DNA from: Candidatus Caldarchaeum sp.
GTDB lineage: Archaea > Thermoproteota > Nitrososphaeria_A > Caldarchaeales > Caldarchaeaceae
Direction of reading: 5' to 3'
Assembly (NCBI GenBank): GCA_038831915.1
Contig: JAWBKB010000002.1
Span: 73,746-137,745, forward strand
Length of the DNA stretch: 64,000 nucleotides
The translations under genes were made by a program, and so were the position numbers. This document shows, piece by piece, positions 1 to 7,579 of the stretch; position 1 is the first letter of the stretch; every line of letters starts with the position of its first letter. The notes beneath the pieces were generated by a model. It saw only the letters and a list, made by a program, of their open reading frames with translations, was not told the DNA's origin and searched no databases.

Positions 1-75
1 GCTTATAGGAGGTCAGCTGGATGCGAGCTGCTAAGCACCGACGAAGCCGCCCTCATCGAGCCGCTCAGCTACCGG

Positions 76-483
76 ATGAAAGTCGGAGTATTGGTCAGGC
101 CTTATGAAAACATGGAAACCGCCTACAAATCGATCACTCACGCTTTCGACAGACGTTTTGACATCAGCCTGGTAAGCATAGTTGAACCACATACAAACAT
201 GGGTGGAGACCTTTCCATAATCAAGGCCGAAGTCAGCAAAGACCTCCACACGCTTTGCAAAACCTTGAGAAAAGAGAAATATGTAGCCGATCACGTGGTT
301 GAAATCGGTGATTTCGAGAAGAAGGTTTCGCAGATGCTGGATCAAGGAAGGTTCGACCTCGTCGCTTATATTCAAAGGCGGGCTGAAAAATCGACCTTTG
401 AGAAGGGGCATGAAAAGAACATACACAACCTTTTAACCAGGTATCCGGGACGTGTGTTGTCGTTGAAGAGGGTTGGTGAATGA
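76..483 (+). CDS. USP-like alpha/beta protein (adenine-nucleotide alpha-hydrolase fold), tentative
   Basis: 135-aa ORF. N-terminal MKVGVLV strand and overall alternating pattern resemble universal stress proteins, but no clear G-x2-G-x9-G(S/T) ATP motif. ATGA 4-nt overlap with the next gene. Confidence 0.4.
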   Translation: MKVGVLVRPYENMETAYKSITHAFDRRFDISLVSIVEPHTNMGGDLSIIKAEVSKDLHTLCKTLRKEKYVADHVVEIGDFEKKVSQMLDQGRFDLVAYIQRRAEKSTFEKGHEKNIHNLLTRYPGRVLSLKRVGE

Positions 484-755
484 CAGCTCCAGCGGTGAGG
501 GCGATAATTCACATTTTCGCGGAAAGCAACAGCATCGAAAAAGTGGCGAAGCAAGTCAGCAAACTCCCTGAAGTTGTCGACGTCTACGAGGTGACCGGAG
601 AATTCGACCTAATTCTGTTTGTTAACACAAAGGACATAAACGCCTTCAGAGATTTTTTGAAAAATAAAATTTTGACCGTGGAGGGAATAAAAAGCACTGT
701 GACGAGTATAGTCTTGTACACTCACAAAAAAGAGGGAGAGGAGACAGGAGAGTAG
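480..755 (+). CDS. stand-alone Lrp/AsnC-type ligand-binding (RAM) domain protein
   Basis: 91 aa. VDVYEVTGEFDLILFVNTKDINAFRDFLKNKILTVEGIKSTVTSIVL matches the AsnC C-terminal effector-domain pattern. No HTH present. Confidence 0.7.
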   Translation: MTAPAVRAIIHIFAESNSIEKVAKQVSKLPEVVDVYEVTGEFDLILFVNTKDINAFRDFLKNKILTVEGIKSTVTSIVLYTHKKEGEETGE

Positions 756-866
756 CTAAAACTCCTCTTCTTCCTCCCACTCTTCTTCTTCGAAATCTTC
801 TTCCTCCCATTCTTCCTCGAATTCTTCCTCTTCTTCCTCAGCCCAGTAAACTCTTTCGCCCAACAT
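756..866 (-). CDS. candidate 36-aa hyper-acidic peptide (MLGERVYWAEEEEEEFEEEWEEEDFEEEEWEEEEEF)
   Basis: ATG..TAG ORF read by hand, below the 60-aa track cutoff. It begins 1 nt after the convergent RAM-domain gene stop. Periodic Glu runs are punctuated by F/W. In-frame GTG starts up to 8 codons upstream. Confidence 0.3.
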   Translation of the reverse strand: MLGERVYWAEEEEEEFEEEWEEEDFEEEEWEEEEEF

Positions 867-1086
867 TTTGGTCACGCGGCGAATAGACACGGCGGCTTTG
901 CTTTAAGGTTTTTCGGTCTCCTGATAAGCATATTAGGAGATTAACACATAGTAAAGCGGGGGATGAGGCCGCTGCCCCAGACTGAAACATGATGCAGGAA
1001 GAGCCGAGCCGACCCCTAAAAATCCTCTCACACATGGGGTTTGCACGCCGTCCGGAAAGGTGCGAAGCTTTTTCGGCGATGTGTTG

Positions 1087-1374
1087 TTAAGAAATCCTGA
1101 AGTTCTCCTCAAGAAACTTGTAGGTAGAATCGTCGCATACTAGCCGGAATGTTGGAACACCTTCGATCTTAATCTTCCCATCTATAACTAGGGTGGGAAC
1201 AGCTCTTATCCTGTATCTTTTAACAAGGTCCTCTACTTTAGGAAAATCTTTCGACAAGTCAAACACCTCTAGCTTGCAACCGGCGCATTTTCCCACCTCA
1301 ACGATGTTGGCCATCTGCCTGCAGAGCGGGCATCCTCCGACGAAGAGCTGCAGGGAGTGGTGCATAAGCCCCAC
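1087..1374 (-). CDS. thioredoxin-fold protein (small glutaredoxin/thioredoxin-like)
   Basis: 95 aa. GCPLC redox motif near the N-terminus, plus RAVPTLVIDGK (cis-Pro region typical of the thioredoxin fold). Confidence 0.75.
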   Translation of the reverse strand: MGLMHHSLQLFVGGCPLCRQMANIVEVGKCAGCKLEVFDLSKDFPKVEDLVKRYRIRAVPTLVIDGKIKIEGVPTFRLVCDDSTYKFLEENFRIS

Positions 1375-1406
1375 AGACCGGCAGCCTTTTTAAAACCTTT
1401 ACCTGT

Positions 1407-2648
1407 CTACAGGGTCGGCGGGTAATGGACCCAAACCTTCGAGCCTTCTGTAATTTCTTTAACGCCTGGCATTCCTATTATGAAGCCGTCGGATCGGGAA
1501 GGTATGCTCATTCCGCTCGACTCTCCGTAGTTGGGAACGCAGAAAACCTTGTCATCCCTCTCCTTCACTGAAACCCATACAACTTTTACGAAATCATGAT
1601 ATTTTCTGAAACGCACCGTCTCCGTCAACTCGGCCTTTAGTCTGTGATGGTAGAAAAGCGGCTGCTGATGAAGTAATCTGCGGATGGCAGGGTAGGCTAA
1701 AAACATGAAGACGTTGAGGGTCGACATAATTAAGCCCGGCAGAAGTATCAGAGGCTTTTCGCCGATGAAGCCGAAACCGCCGACTCGTCCCGGCTGAAGT
1801 TTAAGGCCGTGAACAAAAGCACCGGTCGACTGTTTCGACGTGAAGATGGACGAAACATCTTTTTCACTTATTGATGACCCTGCGATAGATAAGAACATGT
1901 GAACCTGATTGTAGTGGTTCTGCACCGTCTCCTGTAGAGCTATTGGGTCGTCGCGAATAATGCCGAGGAAAATGAATTGTCCGCCACATGATTGGACGAG
2001 TTTTTTGACGAGATGAGTGTGGGTGTTCAGAACTTTTCCTCTACGTGTTTCCCCGAAGTCGTCCGTCAGCTCGTCCCCAACAGCTAATACACCAACCCGT
2101 GGCTTCACGAAGACCTCGATGCTCCCGACTCCCATAGATGCGAGAAGTACGGCATCGGCCATTTTGAGCCTATGACCCTCTTCAAACAACGTTTGCCCGC
2201 GTTTGACGTCAAATCCCTTCAAGTCGACGTATTGGTAAGGTGTAACAGGAGAAGTGAAAATAACTTGGTCTCCTTCGACCGTGACTTCCTCTTGTGGAAC
2301 TACTGCGTCAGCTCCTTCTGGTAGGTAGGCCCCTGTCAAAATCCTCGCCGTGGTACCCGGTGTGAGACGTAGATAGGGAGGCTGGCCGGGCGTACATGTC
2401 GCAATATTTTTGAGTGAAATTGGGCTGTGTAGCGAAGCAGTTTGTAGGTCTGCGCTTCGAACAGCAAATCCATCCATGTGGGATGAATCATACGGTGGCA
2501 GGTCTGTCGGCGCGATGAAAGGTTCACACAGCACCCTTTCCGCAGATTCAAAAACGTGAACTCTTTCTTTTTCCACCAACGGCTTGATGTTTGAGACCAA
2601 CAGTTTTTGAGCTTCCCAGATGTCGAAAAATTGATTTATCCGCCGCAA
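1407..2648 (-). CDS. moeA: molybdopterin molybdenumtransferase MoeA
   Basis: 413 aa. PPYDSSHMDGFAVRSAD and the LSIAGSSISEKD-type MoeA/gephyrin E-domain layout. TTG start. Confidence 0.9.
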   Translation of the reverse strand: MRRINQFFDIWEAQKLLVSNIKPLVEKERVHVFESAERVLCEPFIAPTDLPPYDSSHMDGFAVRSADLQTASLHSPISLKNIATCTPGQPPYLRLTPGTTARILTGAYLPEGADAVVPQEEVTVEGDQVIFTSPVTPYQYVDLKGFDVKRGQTLFEEGHRLKMADAVLLASMGVGSIEVFVKPRVGVLAVGDELTDDFGETRRGKVLNTHTHLVKKLVQSCGGQFIFLGIIRDDPIALQETVQNHYNQVHMFLSIAGSSISEKDVSSIFTSKQSTGAFVHGLKLQPGRVGGFGFIGEKPLILLPGLIMSTLNVFMFLAYPAIRRLLHQQPLFYHHRLKAELTETVRFRKYHDFVKVVWVSVKERDDKVFCVPNYGESSGMSIPSRSDGFIIGMPGVKEITEGSKVWVHYPPTL

Positions 2649-2667
2649 CCCGTTTTGAGAACGATTA

Positions 2668-2680
2668 GCTTATATTTTAG
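2668..2680. promoter_or_regulatory. central TATA element (AGCTTATATTTTA) in the 53-bp divergent moeA/xdhC spacer
   Basis: AT-rich box about 22-30 nt from both start codons. The same AGCTTATA core occurs near 44340 and 51683. Coordinates +/-2 nt. Confidence 0.45.
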
Positions 2681-2701
2681 CGAGACTGTTTCAACAACAG
2701 A

Positions 2702-3553
2702 TTGGACAAGTTAACTTTCTACACAAAAGTAGCTGAACTCATCGCACAGCAGAAAAAATTCTGCATAGCCACCGTAGTTAAGACCGTCGGACATACTTCG
2801 GGAAAAATTGGCTCGAAAGCCATAATCCTTGAAGACGGTAAAGGTCTTTTTGGATGGGTTGGCGGAGGATGTGTAGAAACAACCGTTTTACACGAAGCGC
2901 TCAAAACAATAAAAGAGGGAAGGAGCCGTACAATTTACCTCGAGATGGAAGATGAGTTACGTGGGACGGGTGTCCCATGCGGCGGCTCGATGGAAGTTCA
3001 CCTTGAACCGGTTTTGCCAAAGAAAAAACTCGTCCTCGTAGGTCATGGTGGAATAGTTGAAAACCTCGCAAAAATTGGCAAAATTCTCGACTACAAAGTA
3101 ATAGTGGCCGACCCAGACGGCATGTTCAAAGACCCATCATCGGTCGACCAATATGTCACAGACCCTGACTTGGAGGGGGTGGAAATCGACTCGAACACGG
3201 CCGTCATCGTCTCGACGATGCATAAATTGGACCACAAATACCTCAAAATCGCTTTAGATAAAGGAGCGAAATACATAGGTTTGATTGCGAGCGCCAAACG
3301 TTCAGGCATTGTTTTTGAAACTCTTTTGAGGATAGGTGTGCCCGAAGAGCAGGTTAGGCTAATCTCTTCTCCCGCGGGACTTGACATAGGAGCTGAAAAA
3401 CCGGAGGAAATCGCGCTGAGCATCTTCGCCGAAATAATCAGCTTTGAAAAAGGCGGAACCGGGAAACGTCTAGCAGAGGTGAAGGCTTCACAGAAAGATT
3501 TGCGTGAAATCGTTTCGGAGGCTACTGGCGAACGAGTCGGGCCGGTCTGCTGA
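2702..3553 (+). CDS. XdhC/CoxF-family Mo-hydroxylase maturation protein
   Basis: 283 aa. N-terminal XdhC_CoxI region (ATVVKTVGHTSGKIGSKAII, GWVGGGCVE) followed by a Rossmann-like XdhC_C region (LVLVGHGGIVENLAKI). Confidence 0.85.
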   Translation: MDKLTFYTKVAELIAQQKKFCIATVVKTVGHTSGKIGSKAIILEDGKGLFGWVGGGCVETTVLHEALKTIKEGRSRTIYLEMEDELRGTGVPCGGSMEVHLEPVLPKKKLVLVGHGGIVENLAKIGKILDYKVIVADPDGMFKDPSSVDQYVTDPDLEGVEIDSNTAVIVSTMHKLDHKYLKIALDKGAKYIGLIASAKRSGIVFETLLRIGVPEEQVRLISSPAGLDIGAEKPEEIALSIFAEIISFEKGGTGKRLAEVKASQKDLREIVSEATGERVGPVC

Positions 3554-4673
3554 CAGGTCTCTTGGCCATAGGTTCGAGCGCAGAACCAAAGTAGGTTTTA
3601 AATGCATTAAGGCTCCGGAGTGCACTCATTCCAGCTAACACATCAATGTAAGGCATGGCTGTTTCCATTCCAATGGTTCTCGGCTTGAACCCGGGCTTGT
3701 CGGCGTGAGGATTAATCCAAACAATTCTACCAACCATAGCTTTCAAATTCTTCATCGACTTGTCGAGGACTTCTGGCTCACCTGTGTCCCATCCATCACT
3801 AACTATGAGTGCGACCGTTCCCTTCCCGACCAATCCACGATGTTTCTCTATGAATGATGCAAGACAACTTCCAATCCTGGTTCCGCTTCCCCAAATGTTC
3901 ACTTCGCGGGAAATCAGCTCCGCGGCTTTTTTCGGCCCGAAATACTTCAAGAGCGAACTCACTTTCATGAGTTTGGTGCTGAATACGAATACTTCTACTG
4001 CTACACCTTGTCTTGCCAGAGCATACATCGACTGCATTAAAAACTCAGTGTAAGTATCCATGGACCCGCTGACGTCAAATATCGCCACGAGCTTGCATCG
4101 CGTTACTTTTCGTTTCTTCCGAAGAACTTTTAGAAATTCGCCATGTGTTCGAAGACTTTGACGAATCGTTTCGCCAAAATCGACAGCGCCCTTGCTACTT
4201 CTTTCGAAACGGCGGCCTGGGAGGAGAGCCATTCTCCGCCGAAACCTTTTCATGATTCGTTTGCTTTCACGGAGAAAAGCTAGCGTCGGCGTGGGAAATT
4301 CTCTTCTCATTAGCACTTCGACAGGACTATAGTAAACAGTGGTTTGTTTCTGACTATCGGTGTTCGTCTCGCGGCTATAGCTCTTGCTGACTGTAGATGC
4401 CTTCTCTTGCCCCTCTTTCTTCTCATCTTCACGCTCCATCGGCTGCCTTTGTCTTAATAGTTCATCGAAAATTCTGTCGAAAATTTCATAGTCTTCAAGC
4501 CGCTTGATCATACAGATCCTGAGAACCTGTTTCAGATGTTCTACTGATTTGATGGTTGTTAGCCCGACAGCTCTATAAGCGTCGATGTTCTCTGAGGTTC
4601 CACACTTAACCCCATGTAATCGCAGCCTTCGTGAAATCTCTGTAACCAAAAACAGCATATGTGTCGTTGACAT
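3522..4673 (-). CDS. VWA-domain CoxE-like protein
   Basis: 383 aa. MIDAS DxSxS motif in LVAIFDVSGSMDTY. Sits directly downstream of the MoxR/CoxD-like ATPase, as in cox clusters. Confidence 0.8.
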   Translation of the reverse strand: MSTTHMLFLVTEISRRLRLHGVKCGTSENIDAYRAVGLTTIKSVEHLKQVLRICMIKRLEDYEIFDRIFDELLRQRQPMEREDEKKEGQEKASTVSKSYSRETNTDSQKQTTVYYSPVEVLMRREFPTPTLAFLRESKRIMKRFRRRMALLPGRRFERSSKGAVDFGETIRQSLRTHGEFLKVLRKKRKVTRCKLVAIFDVSGSMDTYTEFLMQSMYALARQGVAVEVFVFSTKLMKVSSLLKYFGPKKAAELISREVNIWGSGTRIGSCLASFIEKHRGLVGKGTVALIVSDGWDTGEPEVLDKSMKNLKAMVGRIVWINPHADKPGFKPRTIGMETAMPYIDVLAGMSALRSLNAFKTYFGSALEPMAKRPVSRPARLVRQ

Positions 4674-4675
4674 TT

Positions 4676-5548
4676 CTAAACGAGTCCGAGGTCTTTGACG
4701 ACCTTCAAGTCGTCTTCGTTTTTAATGAGACAAGTAAGCGTAGATGAAAGTATAGACGGCGTTATTTCGCGTGCCCTGAGAACCGTTAAGGCATTCGCCC
4801 AGTCAAGAGTTTCGGAAATCCCGGGCTTCTTAGTCAACTCATTTACTTGCCTCAGTTTCTGGACAAACGCTACCACTTCGTCAGCGAGTTTGGTGGACAT
4901 GTTGGGAACCTTTAGCGAAAGAATTCTACGTTCCTTTTCAGGCGAAGGATAGGTGACATAGAGATAAAGACATCTTCGTCTTAGACCGTCCCCGACTTCG
5001 CGCGTCCTGTTAGAAGTAATTATGACAACAGGCTTTTTCTTCGCTTTAATAGTTCCAAGTTCGGGAATTGTGACCTGAAATTCAGCCAGAAACTCAAGAA
5101 GAAATCCTTCGAACTCTTCGTCGCTTCGGTCTATTTCATCGATGAGCAGAACCGGCGGGTTTGGGCCTTCGTACAGCAAGGCCGCCAACAAAGGCCTTTT
5201 CAAAAGATATTTTTCGCTGAAAATTTCTTCACTTATTTCGTCGACTGACTTCCTGTCTTCGAGCAGACGGATATTTATCAATTGTCGCGGATAGTCCCAT
5301 TCGTAGAGAGCTTGCGAAGCAGTTATTCCTTCGTAACACTGAAGCCTTATCAGCTCTGTGTCGAGAAGCTTCGCCAGCACTTTTGCGACTTCGGTTTTAC
5401 CGCAGCCAGGCTCCCCCTCGATGAGTAAAGGTTTTTCCAATTTCAGAGCCAAATAAACAGCAAGAGCAAGAGGCTCATCAGCTACGTAGAGCTCCTTCTC
5501 CATCTCTTTGACCAACATTTCAGGTGTCAGGTCCGATGTCAACAACAT
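4676..5548 (-). CDS. MoxR/CoxD-like AAA+ ATPase
   Basis: 290 aa. Walker A GEPGCGKT and Walker B VLLIDEIDR. 2-nt gap to the VWA gene. Confidence 0.85.
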   Translation of the reverse strand: MLLTSDLTPEMLVKEMEKELYVADEPLALAVYLALKLEKPLLIEGEPGCGKTEVAKVLAKLLDTELIRLQCYEGITASQALYEWDYPRQLINIRLLEDRKSVDEISEEIFSEKYLLKRPLLAALLYEGPNPPVLLIDEIDRSDEEFEGFLLEFLAEFQVTIPELGTIKAKKKPVVIITSNRTREVGDGLRRRCLYLYVTYPSPEKERRILSLKVPNMSTKLADEVVAFVQKLRQVNELTKKPGISETLDWANALTVLRAREITPSILSSTLTCLIKNEDDLKVVKDLGLV

Positions 5549-5640
5549 CTTTACGGTGTTATCCGGATTTTATTAAACTATGTCCAACTTAACGTGAATT
5601 ACTAAAAATTTTTAAAGAAGCCCAATCCCTACACCAATCG

Positions 5641-6516
5641 ATGATTCCAAGGCAATTTGAATACTTCGCCCCTACGACCCTTGCTCAGGCAGTTGCTCTA
5701 TTGAGGAAATATAAAGAGGATGCGAAAATTCTCAGCGGCGGTATGAGCCTCATTCCGATGATGAAGCTCCGCCTTCTTTCTCCTCAGTACATTATCGATA
5801 TTAACCACATCAAAGGGCTCAATTACATCAAGGACACTGGTAAGTCGGTTCGAATCGGTGCGTTGGTCCGACATGCTGACATCGAACATTCGCCCATCTT
5901 CAAGCAGAAGTTTCCGATGATGGTGGACGCAGCGGCTCATATTGCTGACATGCAGGTTAGGAATTTGGGGACCTTCTGCGGAGCACTTGCTCACGCCGAT
6001 CCAGCTGCCGACTGGCCTGCATCAGCTCTCGCTCTCGATGCCGAACTAGTGGCCAAAGGCACGTCAAAAAGAATCATAAAGGCAACGAAATTCTTCAAAG
6101 GCCCCTTTGAAACCGCTCTGAAGCCGACCGAGATATTGGTCGAAGCAGTCCTCCCAGTTCCGAAAGGTGCCAAAGTAGGTCAAGCCTATCTTAAATTTGA
6201 ACGAAAGGCCGGTGACTACGCCATCGTCGGCGTTGCGTCATCAGTCGTTTTAAACGAAGAAAACGAAATCGAAAAAGCGGCTATTGCGTTGACCGCAGTC
6301 AACCCGTATCCATTCAGGGCGACCGATGCAGAAGAAATTCTCATCGGGCAGAAACCAACAAAGGAACTCATTGAGCAGGCGGCCAAAACGGCTTCCGCGA
6401 TGTCAGACCCATCGTCAGACCTCCGGGGCTCTGCTGAATACAAGAAAGAGATGGCGAAAGTTTTTACTCGAAGGTCCTTATATAGGGCTTTAGAACGTGT
6501 TGGAATAGCTTTGTAG
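5641..6516 (+). CDS. coxM: Mo-hydroxylase (CODH/xanthine DH family) FAD-binding medium subunit
   Basis: 291 aa. FEYFAPTTLAQAVALL..AKILSGGMSLIPMMKLR FAD-binding-5 pattern, and a C-terminal CO_deh_flav_C-like SDLRGSAEYKKEM. Confidence 0.85.
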   Translation: MIPRQFEYFAPTTLAQAVALLRKYKEDAKILSGGMSLIPMMKLRLLSPQYIIDINHIKGLNYIKDTGKSVRIGALVRHADIEHSPIFKQKFPMMVDAAAHIADMQVRNLGTFCGALAHADPAADWPASALALDAELVAKGTSKRIIKATKFFKGPFETALKPTEILVEAVLPVPKGAKVGQAYLKFERKAGDYAIVGVASSVVLNEENEIEKAAIALTAVNPYPFRATDAEEILIGQKPTKELIEQAAKTASAMSDPSSDLRGSAEYKKEMAKVFTRRSLYRALERVGIAL

Positions 6517-6526
6517 GTGATGGTGT

Positions 6527-7066
6527 ATGCCCGCGAAGAAAACTAAACAGCCCGTTTCTCCGAAGAAGCAGGTCACCATAGAAATCAACGGGACAAAGTA
6601 TTCCTACGAAGTTGAGCCGAGGCTTTTGCTAGTGCATTTTATACGTGAATTTGCAGGGCTCACCGGAACCCATATTGGCTGTGACACAACCAACTGTGGT
6701 GCATGCACGATTTTGATGGAAATGGATGGGAAGTGGAAGGCAATCAAATCCTGCACATATTTCGCCGTCCAGGCTAACGGTAAGAGAATTATCACAATCG
6801 AGGGCATGGCGAAGGGTGAGGAGCTTCATCCCCTTCAGAAAGCTTTCTGGGAGAACCATGGTCTACAATGTGGTTACTGCACTCCCGGTATGATTATGGC
6901 GGCTGCTGGATTTCTGATGATTAACCCGAACCCGACTGAGGAAGAAGTGCGACATGGCATATCTGGCAACCTATGCAGATGCACCGGATACGTGAACATT
7001 GTAAAATCCATACTCGCTGCCGCTGAAGAGATAAGAGCTTCGGGCAAACCCGTTATAGAGGTTTAA
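6527..7066 (+). CDS. coxS: Mo-hydroxylase [2Fe-2S] small subunit
   Basis: 179 aa. [17 protein letters not shown] and CRCTGY cluster motifs. Confidence 0.9.
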   Translation: MPAKKTKQPVSPKKQVTIEINGTKYSYEVEPRLLLVHFIREFAGLTGTHIGCDTTNCGACTILMEMDGKWKAIKSCTYFAVQANGKRIITIEGMAKGEELHPLQKAFWENHGLQCGYCTPGMIMAAAGFLMINPNPTEEEVRHGISGNLCRCTGYVNIVKSILAAAEEIRASGKPVIEV

Positions 7067-7071
7067 GTTTC

Positions 7072-7527
7072 ATGAAGCTTTCCGACAAATTTGTAGTCGC
7101 GGCCGACAGAGCGGCTGTTTTCAAATTCGTGACAGATCCCGACAGCTTCATCAAGCTCATACCTGACCTGCAGAAGTACGAGAAGGTGGACGACCGCAAC
7201 TTCAAAGTTGTTTTCAAGATCGGGCTTGGAATGATCAAGGGAACGCTCAACATGGCGTTTAAGCTGGAGGAAGTTAAAGAGCCTGAATTCGTCAAAGTGG
7301 TTGGTCGTGGTTCGGGGCTTCAGTCTACGGCCGACCTTGTCCTCAACCTTTCTTTAAATCAGGCTGACGGTGGCACCGAGGTCTCCTGGGACGCCGACAT
7401 AGTCGTCGGAGGACTTGTAGCAAGCGTCGGTAGCCGGCTCCTCGAATCCACCACAAAAACGAAGGTCAGGGAAATTGTCGAAGGTTTAAAACGAGAGCTG
7501 GAAGGCGGGAAAAAGAAGAAGAAATAG
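7072..7527 (+). CDS. coxG: CoxG-like SRPBCC protein
   Basis: 151 aa. Size, position after coxS and the FKIGLGMIKGTLNMAF..GRGSGLQSTADL pattern fit CoxG. Poly-Lys C-terminus. Confidence 0.7.
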   Translation: MKLSDKFVVAADRAAVFKFVTDPDSFIKLIPDLQKYEKVDDRNFKVVFKIGLGMIKGTLNMAFKLEEVKEPEFVKVVGRGSGLQSTADLVLNLSLNQADGGTEVSWDADIVVGGLVASVGSRLLESTTKTKVREIVEGLKRELEGGKKKKK

Positions 7528-7579
7528 ATATTCCACATATCTTTAAAGCCGACATAAATTCGTATGGGTTGGATAAGAT

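Noticed and set aside
31-426. 131-aa minus-strand ORF antisense to the USP-like gene
   Set aside because: Fully embedded antisense to a better-supported ORF that is translationally coupled to its neighbour. Composition is not protein-like.
979-996. CTGA-N4-TGATGC resembling internal D'/C' boxes of a C/D-box sRNA
   Set aside because: No proper terminal C box (only GGGATGA with wrong spacing) and no downstream D box (CTGA) within 40 nt on either strand.
838-1035. 65-aa minus-strand ORF in the GC-rich spacer
   Set aside because: Cys/Ser/Leu/Arg-rich with no motif, and it overlaps the better-framed acidic mini-ORF. More likely non-coding.
5847-5856. GGTTCGAATC T-loop-like string
   Set aside because: Lies inside the coxM coding frame. 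No acceptor, D or anticodon arms can be built around it. No tRNA-like structure was found in any spacer.
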